A DNA stretch of 63,481 bases, filler included, from Octopus bimaculoides (lineage: Eukaryota): assembly GCF_001194135.2 (NCBI RefSeq). It is 6 parts of 5 records of this genome, joined end to end, with 100 filler letters (N's around TTAATTAATTAA, not from the genome) between each part and the next. Parts side by side here need not be neighbours in the genome. Positions count along the whole stretch, not along the records: positions 1 to 29,884 come from NC_068982.1; positions 29,985 to 50,014 come from NC_068984.1; 4 more parts are not named here. One strand, written 5' to 3'. The notes below the pieces were generated by a model, which saw only the letters and a list, made by a program, of their open reading frames with translations, was not told where the DNA came from and did no database searches. Positions 23,940 to 37,170 of this stretch are shown piece by piece (the stretch's first letter is position 1; the number at the start of each line of letters is the position of its first letter). Both the position numbers and the translations under genes were made by a program.

Positions 23940-26335
23940 AATGGACTCTCCCGTTGGTTTCGACATATGAGGATCCGACAATCTACTCTTTCTTAGTCAG
24001 TCATAATGCTTATGTCGAATGTGACATTTAAGTCCCGCCTACGATTTGCAAAGAAGCCCACAGAAACTGCAAGAATGAGGATTACAGGTCAGTGCAGGTC
24101 GTATATTTGCAGCCACTTTTCTCCTTTGCCTTGCATCCCGAAGTCTGTTAATGCTGGTTGCAACAAAGTTTCTAATACCATTTTGACACAACTATCTCCA
24201 TTTTGTTCGCTCCAAGGCTGTTCGCTCAAAGGTGTTGTGAGCTATCTTCACTACTAAGAGGTTACTCTTCAGCTTGTCCTTATATCTGAGCCATGGTCGA
24301 CCAACATTCCTGTGCTCATTATCAAGCTGACTGTACATGAGGACTTTGGGTATTCTTTCATCACTCATTCTGACAACATGGCCAGCCCAGCGCAACTGTG
24401 ACTGCATAAGGAAACTCTCGATTCCTCTAATCTTACACTTACTAAACAGGTCGGCATTAGAAGCTCTGTCATTTAGTGAATAACCGCAGATTGTCCTGAG
24501 ATAGCCTTTGTGGAAGATGTCTGTTTGGATAATGTGTCATCTATAGGGTATTCACAATGCTGAGCTATACAAGAGAGTAGTAAGAGTTACAACTTTATAG
24601 ACCTGTACTTTGGTGTCAAGTTTAATGCCCCTTTCATTCCATAGGCGATGACGGAGTTTGCCAAATGCATTGGTTGCCTTTGCAAGACGGTTGGCGATTT
24701 CATCATCAAGGGAAGCGCTTGAATTCACTTTACTATTAAGATATGTAAATGACTCCATATAATTTAGGTTTTTCCCATCAAATTGTATAGGAGTGTCTGG
24801 AAAATTATGAACCGGTGGCTTCGGCTTTACACCTCGAATTTGTTCAGGAGTTGGGCAAGATTGGTGGATTACTTCCGTCTTCTTTATGCTGACGATCAAA
24901 CCAAAGGCTTTACATGCTGCAGAAAACCGGTCTAGAAGTTCCTGAGCTTACTCTAAGGAGGTCGCTACTAGTGCAGCATCATCTACAAAAAGTAGATCAC
25001 GAATTGATACCACTTTATATATTGCCAAAAGCATACCTCAGCATCACTGAAAAGAAGAGTGCAAACAAGACAGGGATCATAACACAACCTTGCTTTGTGC
25101 CGTTTGTAACGTCGAAGGAAGTCGAAGATTCCCCACCGGACACTACAGCAGCCTTCCTTCCCTCATGAAGATGATAGCATTCAACATCTTGTCAGGTATA
25201 CGAAGCTTTTTCGGAACTTTCCATAGTGCTCGCTGATTAACAGTGTCGAAAGCCTTAGTAAGGTCAACGATACCACGAACAGCTCTTGATTTTTCTCACG
25301 TACCTTTTCCATGACAGAACGAAGGGAAAAGATCATGTCGATAGTGCCACGACCAGAGAGAAATCTGCACTGTGATTCTGGATAGATATAATTTACAACA
25401 TGTTTGATGATTCTGTCAAGAATGAGTCGAGTAAGAATCTTACCAGCAATAAACAGAAGCGATATCCCACGATGATTATCACGGACACTTCTGTTTCTTT
25501 TGTTCTTATAACGATATTGAATTGAGTCATCCTTGAAGTCCTGTTGTACACGGTTTACCATCCAAATATTTATGAAGAGGTTACGCAATTTCTTAAAAAG
25601 CTTCTGTCCACCATGCTTGTAGATTTCAGGAGGGACAGCATCCCTGCCAGGTGCTTTACCAGAAGAGATCTGTTTAACAGAGGTTACCACTTCCAGGATG
25701 GTTGACTCTAAAAACAATTCCGGTATTTCAGCGTGCTGTGGAATAGATATTATGACGTCATCATTAGCGACTGAGCTGAGTTCAACACGGCTTCGAAGTG
25801 ATCTTTCCATCGTATCAGGACGTCAGATTTGTCAGTTAACAGTGACTCTCTATTGGATGAAAAAAATAGGAGTAACACCGTGCTCTTGAGGACTACACAT
25901 TTTCTTAAGGTCCTCATAAAAAGCTTTAGAATTCTGTCTGTCAGCAGCTTCTTGAAGTTCAGTAGCCTTGGAAGACCACCAAGCCTCATTCATATGTCTC
26001 AGAGCACGTTGAACTTGGCCTCTGATTTCTTATAAGCATTCTCTTTTCTGGATGAGCTTTTATCATTTATACATGTTTTATGAGAGCTGTGCATTTTGTC
26101 TATCAACTGCTGGACATCTGTGTTGTTATCACTGAACCAATCTTAATGTTTACGAACAGGAAGTCCAAGAACCTCTACAGATGCAGAGTGCGTTGCATCA
26201 CGCGGAGCCTTCCAAGATGATTTTATGTCATCACAGATATGAACAGTGTTGAGTGCAGTATCCAACTTGGTAGAGAGCTCAGCTTGCTTTTCAGCAGTTT
26301 TCAAAGGCAGAACATTAATGCGCTTAGGTACATGA
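23940..26335 (-). mobile_element. 5'-truncated RTE-clade (BovB/RTE-1-like) LINE, decayed RT
   Basis: DNHRGISLLFIAGKILTRLILDR..YPESQCRF..RGTIDMIFSLR; SLDDEIANRLAKATNAFGKLR; QLRWAGHVVRMSDERIPK; C-terminal CSFCG..H..H finger; multiple stops and frameshifts. Confidence 0.92.
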
Positions 26336-28149
26336 ATATTTTTTGAAATGCCCTTATTTTTCTATTATGAAAGTTGACATTACTTTCTTCTCAGAGCCGT
26401 AAGGAACTAAAAGGGAGCTTTTTCGTGAATGTTTGACTTGTTAGAATCACCGGCCAAATCTCCCTCAAATCACATCCTACTAAAAAACAGAATATTTAGG
26501 ATGATGAAGTTATAGATACACTACGCCTAAAAAATAAAGCAAAGAACAAAAAAATGACATGATGATCATAGCTGAAACTCTTTTGATTATACATCGCCTC
26601 GATCAAGTGTCACATGGGCTAAACAACAAAAATGAATGCTAATGAGAGAGCCTCAACATGACCAATCGCCCTGCTAGAAAAAAAAAATTGTCTAATCTTC
26701 AGATCACACTCTACCGCCTTAAATATAAGAATGCCATACTAAATACTATTGTTCCATGTACTATAAAAGACGGGATGGTCTCAATTTGGCAGAATGAATG
26801 AATAGGGATGCCTATAATTATATTTCTGCTCAATTACAGCTGACTTGAAGCTAAGCAGCAACAAAGGCCTTACTTTTCATTCGTTGATAACCGAAAACTA
26901 TAGCTAATTTTAGCAGAAGTTTTTTCCAGTGAGGTAGACTTTAACATATCGTATAAAATTCTAAACTTTTAATGAGAACAGTCTCAACAACAGTTTCTAA
27001 TGGTTACCGATTGTAATCTTTTCTTAATTTTCAAATCTATGTCCCAACAAATAAAAAAAGAAAAAAAGGAAAAAAACCGAAAAAGCTAAAATAAAAACAA
27101 ATATAATGAAAAGCAAACCAATCCACAAAAAAAAAAAAGAAGCAGCTAAACATTTTCTTGATTTTTATTCCAAGGAATAGCTTATTGTTGAAATCAAATC
27201 ATTTATTGCATTCAAAATTAAAAAATAAATGTGTATTTACGAAAAGAAAATGCAATTATCCATTTTCTACGAAGATTAATTTGTGGATTTTAAAAAATCC
27301 TTTAAGCCATACGGTAGCAAGCGTTTTCTGTAGTACATTATTCTTTAATTTGTACATTTTTCAAGAGCTGTCACAAATGAAGATTCCTTGATTTTCATGA
27401 TTTTTAAATTTTTGCTTTAACTCAATGATTTTCTATAAACTTAGATAAAGTCCCGGTCTGGAGTGTGTCATCTGATAACGAGACTCAGTTTTATGATCCC
27501 AAGGAAAAACCAATTGTTTAATTTGGCAGAATGAATAGGAATATTATCACGTTAAATTATTTCGCCAACCAGAACAGAGCAAGTTGTCAAACACAGAGCA
27601 GAATATGTTTTTGTAGAATTTCCTCGTTGGAATATTGCGTAATGTCACATTCATTGAGTGAATGATCTGATCATCGAACGATTGATCTGATTGTGTTAGG
27701 ATAAATCATATATATATATATATATGATTTATGAAAAACAAGACCGAAAATGCTACTTTCTTAAAATTGGGTACATTTTAATTTTCCTTTTACATGTTTC
27801 GGTTTTTGAAAAACCTTATCAAAAATATGTACTAAAATGGAATATGTAAAGAGAAAAGAACTATTTAGAAAATTAAATTAAAATTAAAATTAAGATTAAT
27901 ATTCATAGTTTACTTTCCTTTTTCCGGCAAGAAACACGTGATAATATCCTTAGGTTCTGGTAGCATGACAAGTTCAACTGACTGACCGTAAATTACTACT
28001 ATCTGTTTTTGTAAATTGAGTAGTGTGGTCTTAGGAGTGGCTGTAGCCATCGAATAACTAGCAGCAGTATAATAATAGTCGTCATGGTGAAGCCACAATC
28101 TACATAACCCAACTAAAACACACCAACGAAGCCTATACTCTAGGAACCC

Positions 28150-29568
28150 ACCATGCAACCATAACAAACAACAAAGCCACTATAGAAGAAACAACTACCA
28201 ACATAACATACCTGAAACACTAAGACAGAACACGAGGTTCAAAAACACACTACAAAATAGTACACCACAAACCCACTATAAAAATTACGGCAACTCGAGA
28301 CAGATAAACAACACTACTGAACCCAACCACACCAACCATTTTTTAGACCCAGTACACAGAAACAGGGATACACGATGGCACCGGACGTACCAGAGAAACC
28401 TCAGGTAATTAAAATAGTAAATCTCTCTAATAAAGAACTTACACCCAACCAGATAAGCATACTATCCAAAGGGCTAACATTTACACCAACCCTACAACGA
28501 CCAAATTACTATGAAAGGAAAGACGATATTTCTGAGTTTCGTAGAAAATTAAGACTAGCCGATGAATTTTATGACAAACACATCGACGATGATTCAATAA
28601 CTAGAAATAGCAGCAACTACACCCCTACAAAAAGAAAGAATAAAGCCCTCGACCAATTCTGTGAGCACATCACCAATTACCTTTATCAACTCACAAATAA
28701 ACAAAAACACAGACCAAACTTCAGCAAGAGAGAATGGAACGACCTTAACGAACTAAAAGAAGATAAAACCATAACAATCAAAGAGGCAGATAAAGGTAAC
28801 GCAGTAGTCCTAATGAACACGTGGGACTATAAAAATCTAGTACTATCTCTATTAGGGGATGAGACATATTACGAAAAGGCCCAACACTATAGCCAATATA
28901 AAATAATGAATAATCTCAGGATATTAATTAACTTATACCGAAAAAGACTCACAGACAAGGAATACGACTACATTACTAATTTCAAGAGTAAATCAAGTTT
29001 ATTCTATGGTATCCCCAAAATCCACAAAAGCAGAATAATAAGCGAGGCATGCAAAGCAGCTACAGACATAATCATCAAGGTCCCTTCCCCTGATGACTTG
29101 AAACTAAGACCAATAAATAGCGGGCCAGCATGCGAAACCCACCTCCTCAGCAACTTCCTGGACACTCTACTGGAACCCTTCCTCAAACACATCAAGTGCT
29201 ATATAAGGGATGACCTGGACATGCTCAACCACCTCCAAAAAAACGGTCAATGAGAAAACACTGCTAGTATCCTTCGACGTAGTCAACCTATATTCAAACA
29301 TTCCCCACAGTCTAGGAATAGAAGCCATCACTTTCTGGTTAGACAATTACACCTATAAATTTCCCTCTGGCATTAAAAAAGAACTCATAATAGAAGGACT
29401 CAGATTTATCCTAAAAAACAATTATTTTATATTTAACAATGACTACTTCCGACAAAAATCGGGGACAGCAATGGAAACACGGACTGCACATTCTTTTGCG
29501 AACCTGGTAATGGGCTATCTCGAGATTAAATTATTCCAGAGAACACTCGAGAAATACGGAAACTCCTT
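28150..29568 (+). mobile_element. Penelope-like retroelement reverse transcriptase, 3'-truncated, frameshift near 29230
   Basis: IVNLSNKELT..ILSKGLTFTPT, IKEADKGNAVVLMN..DY, FYGIPKIHK, LRPINSG, LVSFDVVNLYSNIP, NNYFIFN..YFRQKSGTAM (PLE RT motifs). Confidence 0.92.
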
Positions 29569-29984
29569 TTCCGGTCCAGATGGACTATATGTAATCTGAA
29601 CATTTCCCCCCTTATCATTTTTTTTTACGGAATCCCACGTTTTAGGCTATGGAGATTCCGATTCTGAAAAAAAAATTTCAAAAATCTCAAATTCAAAATT
29701 TCGATTTCCCACCTCCCCCATTTCCTCATTTTTCACATTTTCCGAAATTTTTCTTTTTTTGCGAAATGCGTAAAAAAAAAATACGGAGATTATGATTCTG
29801 AAAAAAACTGATTGAAGCCATCGAAACATCACCAAATTATGAACCAGCAAAAAGACAATGCCAATACGATCCAGACCAACAAGCNNNNNNNNNNNNNNNN
29901 NNNNNNNNNNNNNNNNNNNNNNNNNNNNTTAATTAATTAANNNNNNNNNNNNNNNNNNNNNNNNNNNNNNNNNNNNNNNNNNNN

Positions 29985-30226
29985 GGTGGCACATAAAAGA
30001 CACCATTTCGAGCGTGGCCATTACCAGTACCGCCTGACTGGCCTTCGTGCGGGTGACACGTAAAAGCACCCACTACACTCTCTGAGTGGTTGGCGTTAGG
30101 AAGGGCATCCAGCTGTAAAAACTCTGCCAAATTTAGATTGGAGCTTGGTGTTGCCATCCGGTTTCACCAGTCCTCAGTCAAATCGTCCAACCCATGCTAG
30201 CATGGAAGGCGGACGTTAAACGATGA

Positions 30227-30232
<6 letters not shown>
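29985..30232 (+). mobile_element. LINE (RTE-like) 3' UTR, family E
   Basis: ggtggcac..aaaagcacccactacactctc..gagtggttggcgttaggaagggcatccagc..aacccatgctagcatggaa..cggacgttaaacgatgatgat; homologous to 44340, 45440 and 54862. Confidence 0.75.
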
Positions 30233-30260
<28 letters not shown>

Positions 30261-30496
30261 AGAGAGATACAGAGATATGGAGAGATACATAGATTCATGG
30301 TAAGATAGACAAACAATTAAACAGTTGAATAGACAAATTGAGAGTTAGATAGATAGAGAGATAGATAGATAGATAAGCAAAATGAAATTCAGATATATTT
30401 TGACATGTATCAGTCAAAAAGATTCAGACACAAAAGTAATTATCAAATCTAAATGGATCTGAAGAGAAGGAGCAAATAACAAATGCTAACATAATA

Positions 30497-30720
30497 ATAC
30501 TGTCTATGTGATCTCAAATTTTAAAGCAAACACATAATTTTCTTATGGTTTCTTAAACATTCACTTGAACAAAACTGTACAAATCCAAATATATGGTACC
30601 CTAGGCATAACACCTACATGAACTTCTAACTTGTTGTCTCTTGAGGTCTCTGGGTGAGATTTGGATCCAACTTGTACAAATGCAAAACAAAAGTCAAACA
30701 TAAAATAATAATAATAATAA
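30497..30720 (+). mobile_element. 207-bp element between (TAA)n runs, likely an R4/Dong 3' UTR
   Basis: Begins ata ctg tct atg tga (ILSM*), ends in (TAA)n; nearly identical to the reverse complement of 57871-58077. The R4/Dong assignment is inference. Confidence 0.6.
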
Positions 30721-30721
30721 T

Positions 30722-32705
30722 GATGATGATGGTGATTTCATTTAATTGCCACAAAGGGACCAATTCAAAGACAGACATAAAGTGTGAGGGTTTACATATA
30801 ATAAAATAATAAAACAAAAGGTAAGTATACATGATTTGCACGGAAAAAAAAGGTGATGGAGAGAATGATAGAGATGTAGCCCTCCTGATACAGGATGACT
30901 TCAAGGAATAATTGAGGAACCTCACTGTCTGAGATTTATCTGAATACCAAGAGCAAGTGCCCTCTCCAATTACTTATCTCTGACTCACAGGTCAACATTG
31001 AGAGAGGTAGCATGCACTCTAGTCATTTTCCCAACTTTCAATTACTTATCTCTGACTCACAGGTCAACATTGAGAGAGGTAGCATGCACTCTAGTCATTT
31101 TCCCAACTTTCATGCACCTTTCCATAAACTCACTCAAAGATAGCACTTCCCTCTCCACTCTCAATTTCCTTGTCAAGTGAAACTTGAAGAAGTTAATGTG
31201 AGCTCTACCAAAGAGGAATGTATCTGTCATCATGCTTTTCAGCCTTGTCCACCAAACAACCTCTTTCACCACAGCCAACAGGCAAAGGAAAACTGCCTTG
31301 CTTTGCGTGATTGAAAGAGGGCAGCAGGGCAATCATCACTACAGATGGATCTGTCCCACATGTGACAGCAACTGTTTGACATAATCCCACAAGTCAACAA
31401 TGTACTGACACTGAATGAGTGCATACAGAATGGTTTTGTCACTCTGCATGCACCTTGGACAAGCCTGTCTGACAGCATATCCATGCCCGTAGAGGCCAAG
31501 AACATCTAGAAATTATCCATGATAGTTTCTGACCAGAAAGTCCTCCAGAACAGACTAGCCAGTTCGTTTTTGTTGACACCCAGAGTCTCCCCGGGAATGT
31601 CGTCACACTTCCCCACCATTAATCCTCTATAAATTTTTAAAGCAAAACATCCACCAATCCCATTGCCTGACTGGTAGAGGGCTGTGAGTGCCTGATGACA
31701 TTCTAAGCACCAGGAGCCCAGTCTTGGTCTTACCTTCACCCAGAACTGCAACTCCATGAATGAGACAAGTTGCGGAAAGACAAGCCTCACAAATGGAGCC
31801 CAAACATGCTCACCATCCAGAAATTGCTGCAGGTGGCATAACTTAAGAGTGTGTCTGCAAATTAGGAGCCACAGCATACCTAATCCGCCAGTCAGAGGAT
31901 GCTGGCCGCAGAGTGACTGCCTGACCATTGGAATACATCTCTTCTATAAGAATTCAAATAAGAAATGCTCCAACCCGGTCAAGCAGTAACCAGCACGACA
32001 GTCAGGCAATAAATGGTATCAGAAGCAATGTAGGCATTCACCACCTCTACCCAACCTTTCAGGGACAGCTTCCTCTGAACCCATTTCTGGGTAAGATTGG
32101 CTACCCTGTTTGCCATCTTGTCCCAGTTCTTATCAACTTGGAGGTCAAGACCACACCAGGCCTCAAGCAGTTAAACTGGTCTGTCGGTCCAGCATCTGCC
32201 ATCACTGTCCAATGGCATTGTTCTGCCTCTCCGGAACCCCCAGCTGCAAACCCACCGATTTATCAGTGTTGATTTTAGCTCCTGCAACTGACTCATATTC
32301 CTTTAGGATGATGCTGATCATCTCCACTTTGGAGGTGTCTGACACCATGATGGTGACATCATCCACATATGGTGACACTGCTCTTCCTTGTTCCAGATTG
32401 AAAGGGATGCCCCTTAGTTGTTTCAACTTTCCTAGCAGTGGCTTGAGTGCCAATACATACAGAAGAGGTGACAGCAGGCAGCCCTGATGGACCAAGTGTG
32501 TGATGCCAAATAGTCCCGATAGGTAATCGTCTTCTTTGACCACTGAATAGGTGCTGCTGTGCATTGCAGTGATCCAGCCTCTGAAAACAAGACTGAAACT
32601 GTGTGCTTTCAGGATGGCTTCCAAGTAGCAATGGTCAACCCTATTGAATGCTTTCAATTGATCCAAATTGATCAGAGCACTCCTGAAGCCAGCTTTGGCC
32701 CCAGA
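30722..32705 (-). mobile_element. Tx1/L1-clade LINE, 5'-truncated, decayed RT and 3' UTR
   Basis: LINLDQLKAFNRVDHCYL..HQGCLLSPLLYVLALKPLL..YVDDVTIMV..EYESVAGAKINTDKSVGL; ORF end KVGKMTRVHATSLNVDL*. Confidence 0.88.
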
Positions 32706-32799
32706 CAATAATAATAGTATCAACAACAACCACAACAACAATAAAAACAGGAACATAAATATCTTTTATATGCCAGGGTGATGTATGCAGGGGACAATT

Positions 32800-32907
32800 A
32801 AATGCAATAACAACAACAACAACAACACCAACAACAATAATAATAATAATGATAATGTAATGATGATGATGAGGATGATGATAATTTAAACAATTAACAA
32901 TAACAAC

Positions 32908-32953
<46 letters not shown>

Positions 32954-32990
32954 TAATAATGATAATAATAATAATAATGATAATAAGTAT
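32800..32990. repeat. (AAC/AAT/GAT)n compound microsatellite
   Basis: Direct reading. Confidence 0.9.
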
Positions 32991-33464
32991 GAGAAACAGT
33001 TTGATGATGTATAAATATTTTATCACAAGGTATAGAAATGAAAATTAATCTATCAAGATGGTTAAGAATGGTAACACAAAAATATAATGAAAAGCCAGCA
33101 ATAACAAGAATCAAACTGGAATGAATGGTACAAAATATTAAACAAAACGAAAAAATCAATGAGAATTTTTATATTTTTTAAAGATTGGTATTTCATAGAA
33201 TTTATACATAAGAAAATGGCTTTGGTTTGGAAATAAAAGGTGATTTCTTGAAGAATTGAAAGCAAATAGAAAAAACAAAATGTTATTTCTTCATTTTTGA
33301 GGATAAAAGCATTTTGATGACTTTAATGAGTTTGTTTAGTATTTTTACAGAATTTTCTAGAATGTATATGTATATATATATTCAAGGAATTTCCAAAGAA
33401 AGGAAACAATGAGAATGAATTGAATAGAATTTTATAATGGTCTGACTTCTTGATATTTGTATTG

Positions 33465-33635
33465 CTATTGGTGTTGTTGTCATTGTTGTTGTTGTTGCTG
33501 CTGTCGTTGTTGCTGTTGTTGTTGTAGGTGGTGGTGGTGGTGGTGGCAGCAGCAGCGGCGGTGGTGGTGGTTTTAGTGGTGGTGATGGTGGATGTGTGTG
33601 GTGGTGGTTCTGCTACCGCTGTTGATGGTGGTGAT
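33465..33635. repeat. (GTT/GCT/GGT)n compound microsatellite
   Basis: Direct reading. Confidence 0.85.
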
Positions 33636-34858
33636 GCGTAGCCCCAGGTTAGACCTGATAGAGCAAACCTTTCATCAAAAGTGTTCCAACCATGACCATC
33701 CTGAGCAATCAGACCGTCTATCAAGTTTGTGTTCCAACAATGACCATCCAGGCTTTTTTTCCCAGTCCATAAGCATTGAATACAAAGGATTTGCAAAGAC
33801 TAGAAAGAAATGAAGCCTGCATGCTTTCCTGGGTGTGCTTTGTAAGTGTGCATGAGCAACAGGGCATCCACCCAACTAAGCAACCACAGTAAACCAACAT
33901 CAAAATATTGCTAGTGGTGAAGGTGGTGGTGGCAGCATAACATAACCACATTTGTTCTTTTTTCCTTGTAAAAATTATACATGTCTCTCCAGCGTCTCAT
34001 TGATTACTAACCCTCCTCTTGTGTAAATTGTGAGTAACTGAAACAACTCCAATTGACTCAACACAAAACATTATTTATTAAGTGTCATCCAATCAGTGGA
34101 CATTATTCTATCATGTAACGTTGTTCACTCCCACATCTTTTATTATTTAAAATTTTGTTGATTCATCCAGAGGGGACACTTGATGGACTCCACCGGGTGA
34201 CATTAGATATACATCAACTATTTGTTGTGGATTTACCCTTTTCGTCTTAGCCCACTTACTGTGGTACAGATGCTTCATTTTGCATCATGGACAATTGAGG
34301 TTGCAGTTCACCATTTTGCACTTTGGTTTGGAATTGTTGCAATGTTTACTTCATTCGTTTATAAAGTTATTATCTAAGCACAATATCATTATTCGTCTAA
34401 TGCTATAACAGTAACCACGTATCTTCTCTAGTAAGGCACTTGTTCTAGCCCCTTTCTTCATACACTGACTTTTAATCACCTAATATAAAGCTGCCTCCCT
34501 CTTTACTGTAGCTCCATTCAGTCGAAGAGCGTCTTAGTCTTGCAAGATACATGACAACCTCACTAGTGCTGGTGCCGCAAAAAAAAGAAATAAATAAAAA
34601 GAAAGCATCCACAACACTCTATAAAGTGGTTGGCATGAGTAAGGATGTCCAGCTATAGGAACTATGCCAAAACAAATACTGGAATATGGTGCAATCCTCC
34701 AACCCATCATGTGCTGCCAACCCATTCAACCCATGCCAGGATGGAAGTCAGATGTTTAAAAGTTGATAATGACGATGATGATGATGGTGATGATGATGAG
34801 GAGGACATAATATAATACATATATGTATTATATTATAAAGAGAGTGAAAATGAGAAAG

Positions 34859-34895
<37 letters not shown>

Positions 34896-35564
34896 TATAT
34901 ATGCATGTGTGTGTCTGTGCATGTGTGCATGTGTATGCATTGTGCACATATGTATATTTAGGTATGCATATATATATATGGATTTACTATATATATATGT
35001 GCACATATATGTACATAGATACACTAACACACACATACACACACACACACAGATACACACATAATCAGCTACAATTGGTTTAGGGATTTAATCAGATGAA
35101 TACAATCGGAAGATATACAAGGATAGTAGAGACAAGATTTACAGACTTTTGATGAAGAAACGTTTTATTTTTGTTATTTGTTAAATTACCCAATGTGATA
35201 GAAATTTAATGTATTTCTTAAAATCTATTATCGACTAGAATCACTTTAGGGGTGTAATCAAGCATACACAATCGGAAGACACTGTATGTTCTTGCCAAAT
35301 TGTACACATGAGGCAGATGGCCCTGATAATGAAATTCTTGAAGATGCATAAGAATAGTATTGACAAGATGAGCAAACTTTCAGTGAATAAATTCTTGTCT
35401 TCACCATCTCATCTTTAATTTAGATATAGTTTACCGCAGATTACATTATACAATTATCCAATATATTCAACAAACTAGGGCAGTGGTTTTCATACGCTGC
35501 ACTACAGCAGACTGGTGCACCACAAGGGAACTCTAGAGGTGCACAAAATTTTTTAAAATATAGG

Positions 35565-35945
35565 CATAAGTGTGCCTGTATGGTAAGAAGCTTGCTTCCC
35601 AACCACATGGTTTCAGTTTCAGTTCTAATCTATGGCATCTTGGGCAAGTGTTCTCAACTGTAGCCTCAGGCCAACCAAAGCTTTGTGACTGGATTTGGTA
35701 GTCAGAAATTGAAAGCGGCTTGTAATACATATACTATGTGTGTGTTTGTCTTTGTGTCTGTGTTTGCCCCCCACCACTGATTGACAACCAGTGTTGGTAT
35801 GTTTATATCCCCATAATTTAGTGGCTCGGCAGAAGATATAAGTAACAGGCTTAAATAACAAATCAATAACTGATGTTGATTTGATTAAAAGTTCTTCAAG
35901 GTCGTGCCCCAGCATGGCCACAGTCTAATGACTGAAACAAATAAA
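35565..35945 (+). mobile_element. SINE family A, diverged
   Basis: Head tggtaagaagcttgcttcccaaccacatgg and tail ccccagcatggccacagtctaatgactgaaacaa. Confidence 0.8.
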
Positions 35946-36330
35946 AGGTACAATTGAAATGTTTATAAATTCTAAACTAATACTTAAGCATCTTGAAAAA
36001 TGTGTTACTGCAAAGTTGTTCACAAATACAAGAAAGGTACAAACATGGTGTATGGTTAACAAGTTTGCTTGCAACCATGTTATTTCAAGTTCATTTTCAC
36101 TCCATGGCACTTAGGCAAGTGTTTTCTAGAATAGACTTAGTTTGAGGCTATAAATAACATGGCTGTGCAATTAAAAAGTTTAGCTTTTCAAGTTTCAAGT
36201 TCAGTATCACTGTGTGGTCTCTTTGGCAAGTATCTTCAAATAATGCCCAGGGCTAGCCAACACTTTCTTAGTGGATTTAATAGATGGAAACTAAAAGATG
36301 TCCATGATTATGATCATGATCATGATCCTT

Positions 36331-36372
<42 letters not shown>

Positions 36373-36790
36373 TTTTAATGCTTGTCTTTCATACTGCCAT
36401 AAGTTGGATTGTTTAATAGAATCTGTCAGATTGGAAGACTATGCCATGCTCCAATATCTGCTTTGGTATGGTTTCTATGGATGGATGCCCTTCTTAACAT
36501 TAATTACTTTACAGAGTTAATTAGATGGGCTGCAGTGGAAAGAGAGGCAGCTTAAACTAAGTGATGAACTGTTACAGTAAGAGGCTTGAACAGGTTTCTT
36601 GTTGCAGAGGAGATACATGGCTGCTAACATTATATGTATGTGAGTAATAAATGTGGAGCTGAAGAGATAAAGATGGTAGTGACAAAGTGTCAGGGTGGGC
36701 TCTGGAGGCAGAGGCACAGGAAGGATGGGTAGGAAGTTTATGGACTGAGTAAGAGTTGGTTAGCAATTGGGTGGGGGTGTGAACATGTTG

Positions 36791-37170
36791 TTGGCACTCC
36801 ATCGCTTACGACGACTAGGGTTCCAGTTGATCCGATCAACGGAACAGCCTGCTTGTGAAATTAATGTGCAAGTGGCTGAGCACTCCACAGACACGTGTCC
36901 CCTTAACGTAGTTCTCGGGGATATTCAGCGTGACACAGTGTGACAAGGCTGACCCTTTGAATTACAGGCACAACAGAAACAGGAAGTAAGAGTGAGAGAA
37001 AGTTGTGGTGAAAGAGTACAGCAGGGTTTGCTACCATCCCCTGCCGGAGCCTCGTGGAGCTTTAGGTGTTTTCGTTCAATAAACACTCACAATGCCCGGT
37101 CTAGGAATCGAAACCGCGATCCTATGACCACGAGTCCACTGCCCTAACCACTGGGCCATTGTGCCTCCAC
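36791..37170 (-). mobile_element. tRNA-headed SINE, family D
   Basis: Reverse strand: tggaggcacaatggcccagtggttaggg..ggtttcgattcc (A and B boxes); tail gtggagtgctcagccacttgcac..ggaaccctagtcgtcgtaagcgatggagtgcca. Confidence 0.85.

Noticed and set aside
29090-29110. CTGATGA-ctt-GAAAC
   Set aside because: Coding sequence of the PLE RT (PDDLK); no stems
29929-29940. TTAATTAATTAA islands inside N-runs (also 50059-50070, 55284-55295, 58161-58172, 61684-61695)
   Set aside because: An identical 12-mer with stops in all frames, always embedded in Ns: an assembly spacer, not biology. ORFs ending in LIN derive from it
30150-30182. Minus-strand CTGAGGA-ctggt-GAAAC
   Set aside because: No stem II; antisense within a LINE 3' UTR
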